From assembly GCA_038243585.1 (NCBI GenBank), contig JBBSQY010000007.1, positions 33,445 through 97,444 of the forward strand: a stretch of 64,000 nucleotides of DNA, given 5' to 3'. The notes beneath the pieces are model-generated. The model had not been told where the DNA came from, did not search any database, and saw nothing but the letters and a program-made list of their open reading frames with translations. Every line of letters begins with the position of its first letter. Positions within the stretch are counted from its first letter, which is position 1. Below, piece after piece: positions 8,703-17,935 of the stretch. This DNA comes from Candidatus Sumerlaeales bacterium (lineage in GTDB: Bacteria > Sumerlaeota > Sumerlaeia > Sumerlaeales > Sumerlaeaceae). The position numbers were made by a program, and so were the translations under genes.

Positions 8703-11429
8703 TTAGTACAACTGCCAGTCGTCAACGCCGGAGCTTACCAATTCGAATCGGACGGCGTCCATTACGAACCGGTTACCAGGCGAAGATCCATTTCCGTCAA
8801 GATTCTTAAATCGTAGTGTGCCGTTCGTCCCGGCAGCAAACTGCACGTTTGCAGAAAGTAACGCCCACTGATTTACCAAATTTGCATCTGTAAATACCAG
8901 CCGCTTCTGCCCGGTTATGAGAGGTCCAGAACCTGTAATCGTATATTCCGTCAGGGCATCGTTGTTGTTGCCAGGACCCATCGTCACATAGATGTTATAG
9001 CCCCCAGGCACGGGCAGGTTTGGACGGAAAGTCGCTGTCTGATTGATCGTGGTGCCATAACGCGCTCCGCTTCCAGTCAATCCGGGAGCGGAACTTTTGC
9101 TGGTGGTGGGAAACATGCCCCCGCTTTCCACATAGGTAGGGGACGGAGTCACGTTGCCGTTGCTCAGGCGGCTCTCGACGATTACATCGGCGCTGACTAC
9201 GCTCACCGGACCGACCAGGGTCGCCGTGCCCTTGTTGTTGTAGTCATCGACCGGCACTATTTTATAGTAGTAGTTTCCCGCAGTCGGAAACGGGCCATCG
9301 GTGAAGCTGTTGCCTGTGATTGTCTGCGAGACGCCGACCTGGTTCGAGTATAATTCCCGGACCGATGATGAAGTCGAACGATAGATTAAATAATGGACTG
9401 GTACTTCACCGTCAGTGGCAGCCGCCGGCGTGTTCCAGGTTATGGTAGCATAATACTGCTGGCTGGTTGCGGTCCCGCCAAATATGGCAAGAGGCGGCGT
9501 ATTGTCATAGCCATCTTTCATCAGGTAATCCGGCAGCGGCGCGGCGGACGACATGACGTCCGGACCACAAGCAGTAGTCGCACTGCGGATCCGGGAAATC
9601 ATGCTCGTGCCAAATGCCTGAGATGGTATCAACAGGCTCTCGGCGCTGAAAATCCCGCTGCCGTTGAGCGGATACCCGGCTGACTGAGTGTCGCAGATGT
9701 TGTCGGCGAGGGCCTGGGCTGTGTTTGCCGCGTCCGTTGCATCGTCTATCTCAAGCGTAGCGAACAGAGGAGCCACATTGGTGTTTGATCCGGGCATAAG
9801 ACCATAATCCATGGGGTCGGAAACCTGATCGCCGTACAGGGCTTTTGTCATTAGAACACGGTTGGCCCCCGGTGCATTATAACTGCCACCAGGTCCGCCA
9901 CTGTTCCACTGGCGATAAAACTGCGGCTGGATTAGATCCTCGGCACCAAAAGTGATGGTACGGTTTGCCGTAGGTATGGCGCTCCACTTTGGCCAGCTTT
10001 GAAATACCCGGTTATAGGTATCATTGAAGCTGGTCACATAGGCAATGGGAACGGTTCCCACAATCATCCATGGCTTCATATCCGTCACCGCGACATAGGC
10101 GTCATGGAGGAATGTCGTAATTACTTCCTGCCGTTTTTTCTCAAAGGCAACGCTCTGCGGGTCGGGAGGGGAAGCAGGATTGTAACCCATTTCAATTAGG
10201 GCCTGAGGATTATAGCCGAAATTGTTGCCTTGGTAGCGGATGCGGTCGAAGATGATGCCGTCAAGATCGTAGTTTTGAACCAGGTCTTTCAGGACGTTGA
10301 TCGTGTGGGCGCGCACATCTGCACGACCTGGGTCAGCCCATAGACCCGACTTATCATCACCACCAGTACCCGCGGTTTGTGGAGTAGGTGCCGTACCAGG
10401 CCCGCGGTACACGTAGGTGACGCTGCCCGCCGGCATGGCGGACGGGTAATTATTGTTGCCGTCTGTAACGAGGAAGCAGGAGAATGCCCCATAGACACGC
10501 ATCCCGAGTTCATGTCCGCGATCAATGGCATACTGAACCGGATCATTGCCAGCGTTTGCACCGTTCCCAAAGGGTTCATTGTGCTGGTAAGTGTTGAAGT
10601 TGCGATTTTTAATGTAATAATGATTGGCCCGGTAGCGAACGAGGATGTCGATGCAGTTAAATCCGTTGGCTTTTGCCTGGGTTATGTAGGTTTCGATATT
10701 GGCCAGGCTGGTCAAGCCGTCTCCGATGGAAATCCAGCAATGGCGCTCTTCGCCGAAACTGCCGGGACCGATGCGTTTGATATTGTCGATGTAAACGGCG
10801 CTGGTGTTAGTGGCGACTGGCCATGTCGACGCGGATCCGCGGTGAGGGCCCGCAAAATCCGCGTGAGGCTCGCCGGGAGTGCCGATAGGGTCTGTACTGG
10901 GGTCTGTGCTGAAATAAAGGGTAAGATCCTTTGGAAAAGTGCCGCCTGCGGAAACCTGTACTCCAGCACCGATGGTCTGGTAGCCGAATGTCGCAGCGTT
11001 TGTGGGTCTGTCCGGCAGGTTCAGGATGTATCCCGCGTTTACATCGCTGACGCGGGCATTACTAGGCGAGCCGACCTTCGCAGCCATGCCGAAGGTGGCA
11101 ATGGGTCCCGCGGCGGTGTTGTTGACTTTCACGTCGGAGGTAACCATGTAAAATCCGGCTTCGGAGAAGGCGTTCGGAATGGTGACCACGACGCCGTTGA
11201 CGTTTCCGCCGGGGTCGGTCATCTGGAGGCGCTGACTGCCGCCTTCGGACGCCACGGAAAATGCGCTGGAAGAGTCGCCGGAGGCGGAGGAATTCGCCCC
11301 CGTGGCCCTGGCGATAGTCGGCAGTGCTCCTTCAAAATCCGACAGTACGACAGTATCGACGGGAGAAGCCGCTAGAAGGCCGGCGGGCAGTAAAGCAAAG
11401 AGAATGGAAGTAATATTTTTAAAGTTCAT
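8703..11429 (-). CDS. Secreted GHL10/DUF187 glycoside hydrolase-like protein with FN3-like and golvesin-like domains; C-terminal DWQLY tag
   Basis: Signal peptide MNFKNITSILFALLPAGLLA; WADPG...YDLDGIIFDRIRY TIM-barrel motif; YLIYRS/YYYKIVPVD FN3; VMDAVRF golvesin-like end; terminal SGVDDWQLY. Confidence 0.8.
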   Translation of the reverse strand: MNFKNITSILFALLPAGLLAASPVDTVVLSDFEGALPTIARATGANSSASGDSSSAFSVASEGGSQRLQMTDPGGNVNGVVVTIPNAFSEAGFYMVTSDVKVNNTAAGPIATFGMAAKVGSPSNARVSDVNAGYILNLPDRPTNAATFGYQTIGAGVQVSAGGTFPKDLTLYFSTDPSTDPIGTPGEPHADFAGPHRGSASTWPVATNTSAVYIDNIKRIGPGSFGEERHCWISIGDGLTSLANIETYITQAKANGFNCIDILVRYRANHYYIKNRNFNTYQHNEPFGNGANAGNDPVQYAIDRGHELGMRVYGAFSCFLVTDGNNNYPSAMPAGSVTYVYRGPGTAPTPQTAGTGGDDKSGLWADPGRADVRAHTINVLKDLVQNYDLDGIIFDRIRYQGNNFGYNPQALIEMGYNPASPPDPQSVAFEKKRQEVITTFLHDAYVAVTDMKPWMIVGTVPIAYVTSFNDTYNRVFQSWPKWSAIPTANRTITFGAEDLIQPQFYRQWNSGGPGGSYNAPGANRVLMTKALYGDQVSDPMDYGLMPGSNTNVAPLFATLEIDDATDAANTAQALADNICDTQSAGYPLNGSGIFSAESLLIPSQAFGTSMISRIRSATTACGPDVMSSAAPLPDYLMKDGYDNTPPLAIFGGTATSQQYYATITWNTPAAATDGEVPVHYLIYRSTSSSVRELYSNQVGVSQTITGNSFTDGPFPTAGNYYYKIVPVDDYNNKGTATLVGPVSVVSADVIVESRLSNGNVTPSPTYVESGGMFPTTSKSSAPGLTGSGARYGTTINQTATFRPNLPVPGGYNIYVTMGPGNNNDALTEYTITGSGPLITGQKRLVFTDANLVNQWALLSANVQFAAGTNGTLRFKNLDGNGSSPGNRFVMDAVRFELVSSGVDDWQLY

Positions 11430-11513
11430 ATAGGGGGACCGTTCGCCAAGGATATAACACGATAAGAAATACTGGTCTGCATAATTGAAATCTGCAAACC
11501 AGAAAAATCTTCT

Positions 11514-11536
11514 ATAGAACAAAATTTCTATTGATT
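11514..11536 (+). promoter_or_regulatory. Candidate SOS/LexA-like operator next to a possible -35 upstream of recA
   Basis: ATAGAA-CAAAAT-TTCTAT palindrome containing GAAC-N4-TTTC, abutting TTGATT. Confidence 0.35.
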
Positions 11537-11604
11537 CTTTCGTTCGTTCGCGAATACCACTGCATAACTTTCACAACATCAACTGCTTTCGAGGAGCCTA
11601 CACC

Positions 11605-12702
11605 GTGGCAAAAGTTGCCCAGGACACCGCAGAATCCGCCAACACCAGTAAAGCCGAATCAAACCGCACAAAGGCTCTTGATCTCGCGTTGACCCAGATC
11701 GAGCGTAACCACGGCAAGGGCTCCATCATGCGCTATGGGGAAAAATCCGTCGACGAAACCCAGCAGGTGATCACCACGGGTTCCATCTCTATTGATTGCG
11801 CGCTAGGCATCTGGGGCTTCCCCAGAGGCCGGGTTGTGGAAATTTATGGTCCGGAATCCAGCGGAAAAACCACGCTGGCGCTGCACGTGGTAGCAAACGC
11901 CCAGCGGCTGGGCGGTGTGGCGGCGTATATCGACGCTGAACACGCCATGGATCCAAAGTATTGTCGTAACCTCGGCATTAACGTGGACGAGCTTCTGATT
12001 TCTCAGCCGGACACGGGCGAGCAGGCTCTGGACATTACGGAAACGCTGGTGCGCTCAAACGCCGTTGACGTTATTGTAATCGATTCCGTGGCGGCCCTGG
12101 TGCCGAAGGCGGAAATCGAAGGCGAGATGGGCGACTCTTTCATGGGCCTGCAGGCACGCCTTATGAGTCAGGCGTTGCGCAAGCTGACCGCTTCTATCAG
12201 CCGCTCAAAAACCTGTGTGATCTTCATCAACCAGATCCGCGAAAAAATTGGTGTGATGTTTGGAAGCCCGGAAACCACGACTGGTGGTCGTGCGCTGAAG
12301 TTTTACTCGTCTATCCGCATCGACATCCGACGCATTGGCGCGATTAAAGAAGGCACAGATAACGTGGGCAACCGTTGCCGCGTGAAGATTGTAAAAAACA
12401 AGCTGGCTCCGCCGTTTCGTGAAGCGGAATTCGATATCATGTTTGGCGAAGGTATCTCCCGCCAGGGCGATCTCGTCGATCTTGGCGTTACTGCACAGGT
12501 TGTTGAGAAGAGCGGCTCATGGTTTTCCTTTAATGGGGAACGCATCGGTCAGGGACGCGAGAACAGCAAGCAGTTCCTTAGGGATCACCCCGAAGTGGCG
12601 GATCGTATTGAAAAGCTGATAAAAGAAAAAATCAATCCAGACATGCTTGAAGGACCGCCGGTGGTCGACGACGACGACGATTTGCCGGAAGATCTGGTAT
12701 AA
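11605..12702 (+). CDS. recA: Recombinase RecA
   Basis: [21 protein letters not shown] and GGRALKFY motifs; GAGGAG RBS before GTG. Confidence 0.99.
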   Translation: MAKVAQDTAESANTSKAESNRTKALDLALTQIERNHGKGSIMRYGEKSVDETQQVITTGSISIDCALGIWGFPRGRVVEIYGPESSGKTTLALHVVANAQRLGGVAAYIDAEHAMDPKYCRNLGINVDELLISQPDTGEQALDITETLVRSNAVDVIVIDSVAALVPKAEIEGEMGDSFMGLQARLMSQALRKLTASISRSKTCVIFINQIREKIGVMFGSPETTTGGRALKFYSSIRIDIRRIGAIKEGTDNVGNRCRVKIVKNKLAPPFREAEFDIMFGEGISRQGDLVDLGVTAQVVEKSGSWFSFNGERIGQGRENSKQFLRDHPEVADRIEKLIKEKINPDMLEGPPVVDDDDDLPEDLV

Positions 12703-12716
12703 ACAGGGCAATCAGG

Positions 12717-12740
12717 GTTCTGGGCAGAATTGCCCAGAAC
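12717..12740 (+). terminator. Hairpin after recA
   Basis: GTTCTGGGCA-GAAT-TGCCCAGAAC perfect 10-bp stem; no T-tract. Confidence 0.45.
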
Positions 12741-12850
12741 TCCTCGGCGGTCGTAATTCGGTTATGCGCCTGCCATGTCAATGATATCTATTTTGTCAAT
12801 AATAAGGCCCATTTCGTCCATCAAGTATACCATCCTTAAAAGCCGTACCT

Positions 12851-13822
12851 TTGCAACCTGATCACCATGCGCCCCCTTCCGCGGCCGGCGATCCTGTATT
12901 GTCTGCGGAGCACCATGCGCATCACGCGCGGCGCGAGCTGATTGGTTTGCTGGAAGGCCTGTTCGCGGTATTCTTTTTTGCCATGACGCTTCCCATGTCC
13001 CGTTTTGTGGTGCGCGAGGTCGATCCCATTACTACGGGGTTGGTGCGTTGCGCCCTGGCCGGATCGCTTGCCGCGATTATGCTTTTTGTTTCTAAACAAC
13101 CCTGGCCTAGCCGCCGGCAATATAAAGGGCTGGCGGCCTGCAGCGTAGGCATTGTCTACGTCTACCCAATTTTTGTCGCCTGGGCAATGAAGTATATTCC
13201 ATCCAGCCATGGCAGCATCGTTGTCGGTCTACTGCCCCTGGCGACGGCCGCGGCTGCTGCGTTGCTCGGATATGAGCGTCCCGGTCTCCGCTTTTGGATT
13301 GCCGCTGTTGCCGGCAGTCTGATTGTGATAGCTTACGCGCTATTCCATGGCGGAGGAGGGATGCACGGAGCAGACATCGCGCTGATTATCGCTGTGATAT
13401 GCAGCGGCGTCGCCTATGCGGAGGGCGGCTGGCTGGCGCGGGAGATGGGCGGCTGGCAGGTCATCTCCTGGGTCATGGCGCTGAACCTTCCTATTGTCCT
13501 CGTTGTGCTGGCCATCAGCCTGGCGTATAACGGTTTCCATGCGTCCGCTCTCACCATTGTCGTTCTGCTTTTTATGGGAGTTTTCAATCAGTTCATCGCT
13601 TTTTTTGGCTGGTATAAAGCCATGGCTAACGTGGGCGTTGCCCGGGTCAGCCAGCTCCAGCTCCTTCAGCCTTTCATGACCGTCGTCATTGCGGCCGTCA
13701 CGTTAAACGAGCTCATTACCTGGGATACCTGGCTGGCTTTGGTTCTCGTCATGGCCACGGTTCTAATTGCTCGCCGGGCCGTTAAAAAGCCAACCACTCT
13801 CGCAGGTACGGGAATAGTATAA
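12851..13822 (+). CDS. DMT/EamA-family transporter
   Basis: About 10 TM helices; LGYERP and VSQLQLLQPF EamA motifs. Confidence 0.9.
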   Translation: MQPDHHAPPSAAGDPVLSAEHHAHHARRELIGLLEGLFAVFFFAMTLPMSRFVVREVDPITTGLVRCALAGSLAAIMLFVSKQPWPSRRQYKGLAACSVGIVYVYPIFVAWAMKYIPSSHGSIVVGLLPLATAAAAALLGYERPGLRFWIAAVAGSLIVIAYALFHGGGGMHGADIALIIAVICSGVAYAEGGWLAREMGGWQVISWVMALNLPIVLVVLAISLAYNGFHASALTIVVLLFMGVFNQFIAFFGWYKAMANVGVARVSQLQLLQPFMTVVIAAVTLNELITWDTWLALVLVMATVLIARRAVKKPTTLAGTGIV

Positions 13823-13958
13823 TCGTCCGGCACGCAGAAGAAAAATGGTATGTAACTTCTGGGCCACATGGCTAAATCCGACGCTTCGCACTTATGATTC
13901 GCATTTCTGTATTCTGTCGGCTTGTATTTTGCTACAAACACATGAAGAGGTATTACAA

Positions 13959-14690
13959 ATGACAAGAAGTTTTTCTTTCTTACGCAGCTCCACACTGGTA
14001 GCTGTTGGCGCTCTTATGATTTCGCCGGTTAGCGCGCAGGAGTCTGCCAACACCAACATGGCAGCCGCTTCTACAACTTCCGCCACCGCAGCGTCCAACG
14101 CGAAATTGTCGCAAGAAGACATTAAGCTCATGCTTGATCAGGCGGAAAGCAGCGCAAACAAAACCGCCAGTCTCGAGGGAATCCGCTCTACTGGCGGCAA
14201 AAAGCGTCCTGGTAAATTTCATATTTTTATTGTAGACCGTAACGGAAAAACACTGGGCGGTCGTTCTATGCCCGACGCCTGGACAGGATCATTGGATATC
14301 GCACTTTCGAAAGCCCGCACCGCCGCTTTCTTTTCCAGCAATGAGAATGCCTTCACCAGTCGCCACATCGGTATGCTTTCTCAGTCTCACGGTGCCGACG
14401 GCACAGGGCCCGCTGGTGGGCTGTGGGGCATTGGCCATTCGAACCAAGCCACTTCCGATGCGGGCTTTACTGGGCAAGTCAAACGGAATGGAATTATCAC
14501 ATTCCCTGGCGGCCTTCCTCTCTACAAAGATGGAATACTCGTGGGCGGAATAGGCGTTAGTGGTGATAGCGTTGATCAGGATGAGGCTGTCGCCTATGCG
14601 GGTGCCAAAGGTTTTATGCCTGGCTCTGACGTTGGAACGATTGCCCCTCTTGAGCCCAAAGCTGTTGAAATGATACCGGGAGAGAATTAA
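13959..14690 (+). CDS. Secreted GlcG/HbpS-family heme-binding protein
   Basis: Signal peptide; IVDRNG, DIALSKARTA and FPGGLPLYKDGILVGGIGVSG motifs; GAGG RBS. Confidence 0.85.
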   Translation: MTRSFSFLRSSTLVAVGALMISPVSAQESANTNMAAASTTSATAASNAKLSQEDIKLMLDQAESSANKTASLEGIRSTGGKKRPGKFHIFIVDRNGKTLGGRSMPDAWTGSLDIALSKARTAAFFSSNENAFTSRHIGMLSQSHGADGTGPAGGLWGIGHSNQATSDAGFTGQVKRNGIITFPGGLPLYKDGILVGGIGVSGDSVDQDEAVAYAGAKGFMPGSDVGTIAPLEPKAVEMIPGEN

Positions 14691-14751
14691 CAGTTCGACG
14701 AAGTTCGTGCTGGCGGTTATGAACCAGTGGCGGGTTGTGAGAGCAATCGGG

Positions 14752-14790
14752 GGCCGAAGCATTCACACGTTACGCGTGTGAAGCTCGGCC
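14752..14790. terminator. Intergenic hairpin
   Basis: GGCCGAAGC-A-TTCACACG-TTACG-CGTGTGAA-GCTCGGCC. Confidence 0.4.
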
Positions 14791-14856
14791 AGGAGCCAGT
14801 TAGACAAGTTTTTCCTGAATGTAACCCGTGTTTGTCCCTTTTGTAATTTCAATGTT

Positions 14857-16101
14857 ATGAATTCACAACCTCTCCAGCTATCAGGCATTGCCTGCCGGCG
14901 TCTTCGCACGCCGAAACACATACTCGACAACGTTTACGTAGAGTTCGATGGTCCGCGGATCGCGATCATGGGAGACTTTAACTCCGTTGCGCTTCCTCCG
15001 GGAGTATTTAACGCTCGCGACGAAGAAATAACGGTAGTCCCAGGCTTAGTCGATGTCCATGTGCATGGAGGCGGCGGTATTGATTTTCTCAATGCTGATC
15101 TCGAAGGGATGCGGCTGATCTCACGCATTGCCGCTCAGGGCGGAGCCACCACCATGGTGGCAACCACCACTCTCGCCGGCGAGGACCACGATCTTGAAAA
15201 GTTTGCCGAGTTTGTTCGTATTTTGCGCTCGGCTGGTGGCATGGGTTATGATCGGGGTTCCGGCGATAAAACAGTGTCCACGCTGCCCGGCACCCGAGTG
15301 GTAGGCATTCATCTCGAAGGGCCGTTTTTAAATCCTGAACGTCGCGGCGCTTTCACGGACCGCTTTCTTCGCCCCCCGGACCTGAAAATTGCGGAAAAGG
15401 TGATGGAGATATGCGGCGATCTTCTCCTGAAGGTAACGCTGGCGCCCGAACTGCCTGGTGGTGAAGACCTCATCGATTTATTTACCAGCAGCGAGGCCCC
15501 CGTGGAAGTCAGCCTGGGACACACCACGGCGGATTTCGCACTGGGAATGAAGGTTTTCGAAAACCCTCGTTCCCGCCAGATTACTCATGTTTTTAACGCC
15601 ATGACCGGTCTTCATCACCGTCAGGCTAATCTCATTACTGCCGCTCTAATGGATCCGCGTGTCAGCCTGGAAATCATTGGCGACGGGCTCCATGTTTCGC
15701 CTCCCGTCATGCAACTGCTCCATCGCCTTACCGGTGCAAAGAGACTTATCGCCATAACTGATGGAGCGAGCTCCGCCGGCGCTCCGGTCGGACGTGTGTT
15801 TGAAGCTTTCAGCGGCCAGGCTCGCGTCGGCGCAGACAGCGGCGTTCGGCGGACCAACGACAACGTCCTTGTTGGCAGCGCAGCGCTAATGATTGATATA
15901 TTTAACCGGCTCCAGCATATGTCCGATATTCCTTTTGAAGACGCGCTGTTAATGTGCACGGAAAATCCGGCGCGCTCAATCAACCGCTTCGATCAGATCG
16001 GAAGCATCGACAAAGATAAACGGGCGGACTTTGTGGTGTTGCGTGATGACCAACATGTGGTCGCCACAATTCGCGACGGGCAACTGGTTTACCAGGCTTA
16101 A
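14857..16101 (+). CDS. nagA: N-acetylglucosamine-6-phosphate deacetylase
   Basis: PGLVDVHVHG, GIHLEGPF, TLAPE, GHT, THVFNAM, DGLH and ITD motifs. Confidence 0.92.
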   Translation: MNSQPLQLSGIACRRLRTPKHILDNVYVEFDGPRIAIMGDFNSVALPPGVFNARDEEITVVPGLVDVHVHGGGGIDFLNADLEGMRLISRIAAQGGATTMVATTTLAGEDHDLEKFAEFVRILRSAGGMGYDRGSGDKTVSTLPGTRVVGIHLEGPFLNPERRGAFTDRFLRPPDLKIAEKVMEICGDLLLKVTLAPELPGGEDLIDLFTSSEAPVEVSLGHTTADFALGMKVFENPRSRQITHVFNAMTGLHHRQANLITAALMDPRVSLEIIGDGLHVSPPVMQLLHRLTGAKRLIAITDGASSAGAPVGRVFEAFSGQARVGADSGVRRTNDNVLVGSAALMIDIFNRLQHMSDIPFEDALLMCTENPARSINRFDQIGSIDKDKRADFVVLRDDQHVVATIRDGQLVYQA

Positions 16102-16136
16102 CCAGCCACGATTAAGAACACCACGCGTGGGGGGCC

Positions 16137-16859
16137 CTATGGCAACTCATAAATCTGGGCCAGCGAGCGATATACCGCCTGTGGCGCCTGGACAATAATT
16201 GGTGTTTTTCGCTTATCCAGGAACTGAATCAGCTTTAAAATATTAGCTTCCGTCATGGCAGTGCAGCCGGCCGTTGTGCCCCCCGGCTGACCGATATGGT
16301 AGAAAATGCAGGAGCCATGACCCGCCACCGGCGGGTTTGTGTTATATCCCACAACTATTCCGTACTTGTAGGCATCGGACTCCATGCGCATGGTCTCTGC
16401 TGAGTCCCAATCCTTGTCGACCTCGTCTCCCCGCACGATCTGATTATAATATTTCGACTTAGGGTCGTCCACGCAGAACGTGTTAGTGTCCACTTTGAGA
16501 TAGTCCATTTTGGCGGAAAGGTCTTCATAACCGTAAATGCTATCCAGCGGAAAAATACCGGCGGGGGTTTTTCCGTCTCCTTCGATTTTCACCGGCGGCT
16601 GGTTCAATTTTGCACGGTGCAAGCCAGGCCCCCAGGCCATTCCTGCCCGACCAATTTGCACAGCGATGGGCTCAAGTGCCCGCCGCCACCGCCCGCCGAC
16701 CTTCTCATGAGCCACCAGAACACCGTCAGTCGCCGACCAGTCAGATGTCGTCACCACCAGTATCTGGCGAGCACCAATTTCCTGGGTCAGGTCCACCTTA
16801 GATGAACCGCACCCGGAAAGCAGACACGCGGAGATAAAGAGCAAAAACAATTGGCGCAA
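16137..16859 (-). CDS. YkuD-like L,D-transpeptidase-family lipoprotein
   Basis: TTG start gives lipobox LLSG|C; EGDGKTPAG and GSCIFYH...TAGC (catalytic His/Cys). Alternative ATG at 16910. Confidence 0.8.
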   Translation of the reverse strand: MRQLFLLFISACLLSGCGSSKVDLTQEIGARQILVVTTSDWSATDGVLVAHEKVGGRWRRALEPIAVQIGRAGMAWGPGLHRAKLNQPPVKIEGDGKTPAGIFPLDSIYGYEDLSAKMDYLKVDTNTFCVDDPKSKYYNQIVRGDEVDKDWDSAETMRMESDAYKYGIVVGYNTNPPVAGHGSCIFYHIGQPGGTTAGCTAMTEANILKLIQFLDKRKTPIIVQAPQAVYRSLAQIYELP

Positions 16860-16999
16860 AATAGTTATGCCGGTTCCGGGAAATGCTTTTTCTTCCAATC
16901 GTTCGTCCATGCATAAAACTTTAGATGATGCACCGGAACACAATTTGCCTTCTTTTGTCAGGGAGTTCAGGCGAACGGCAATCAGGTTCAGACATCCTT

Positions 17000-17842
17000 T
17001 TACGACTTTAAGACTTCTGGGTTTTTGAGAGACTTCTTGCCTTCCGATGTTATCCGGCGTTCGACTTTCTTCACGTCTTCGTCCGGCAATAGAGTCTCAG
17101 GGCGTATCCCTCGATCTATTAAAGTAGCACGTACCGCCTGGTTGTTCGTGACATGTTCGCTGGATATGGCCGATTCGCTGGTGTACTGATTTTGCCGCGA
17201 ATTAAAGATTGTGATTTCCGCGGCAAAATCTTTAGCTTTGAGGATGATCGTGGGAGCGAAATCCGCGAGAGGGCGTGTATCTGGCACGTTCCACTGGGAC
17301 TTCATCGCCTTTGTCGTCTTTCCGAAAAGAGCCTCGTCGCCCTTGCTCCGGATAATCGCGAAATTATCGTTGCCGCCGGTCTGCTCATAGATGACCAGTG
17401 ACAGTTCCTTTTCTGTATCTGAAAGCTTCCGTCGCACTGACACCCGCTCGGCGTCCAGCAGCCGCTGCTCAATAAGTTCGGCGCGGCGGGTCTGGTAGGC
17501 GAAGTAGGTTTGCGCGAACGCAATTTCTTTCTTTTTGGGATCCCCGTTCTGCGCGATCAGATAACAAGCGTAGCGAGTTAGCATAATATCGGCAACTTGT
17601 TTTTCCGCGCCTTTCGGCATCGCTATCGTTTTGTTGACGTCAACAAAATGATCGGAGCATTGATGCCCGGACACCTCACAGGCGGTTTTCGCTTTCATAA
17701 CAACAGCCGTAAAATTTCGCCATTCCGTATACCCCAGCAGTTGTTGCAGGTCGCGGGCCAGCCAGAATTCGACTCCGCCTTCTGTCTTTTGGGCATGACC
17801 TTCAAAAGTAGTTGTCAGCGTTTGCACGATATCCGTTTGCAT
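17000..17842 (-). CDS. dinD: DNA damage-inducible protein D
   Basis: EFWLARDLQQLLGY.EWRNF, LTRYACYLIAQNGDP.K.EIAFAQTYFA and RPLADF motifs. Confidence 0.92.
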   Translation of the reverse strand: MQTDIVQTLTTTFEGHAQKTEGGVEFWLARDLQQLLGYTEWRNFTAVVMKAKTACEVSGHQCSDHFVDVNKTIAMPKGAEKQVADIMLTRYACYLIAQNGDPKKKEIAFAQTYFAYQTRRAELIEQRLLDAERVSVRRKLSDTEKELSLVIYEQTGGNDNFAIIRSKGDEALFGKTTKAMKSQWNVPDTRPLADFAPTIILKAKDFAAEITIFNSRQNQYTSESAISSEHVTNNQAVRATLIDRGIRPETLLPDEDVKKVERRITSEGKKSLKNPEVLKS

Positions 17843-17935
17843 TATCTGTCCGTTCCATCACGGTGCAAAGTTCATTTTATTTCTTACAAACCATGCAATG
17901 CACGGTACCCGATGGTCAAACGAAAAATATCTGCT

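Noticed and set aside
10377..11375. 332-aa plus-strand ORF and similar long antisense ORFs (e.g. 30123-31013, 38405-39193, 20853-21638)
   Set aside because: Antisense shadows of well-supported genes, with no recognisable motifs.
16965..16976. GTTC-N4-GAAC as an SOS box for dinD
   Set aside because: Lies downstream of dinD, flanks do not match, and an 8-bp match is expected by chance.
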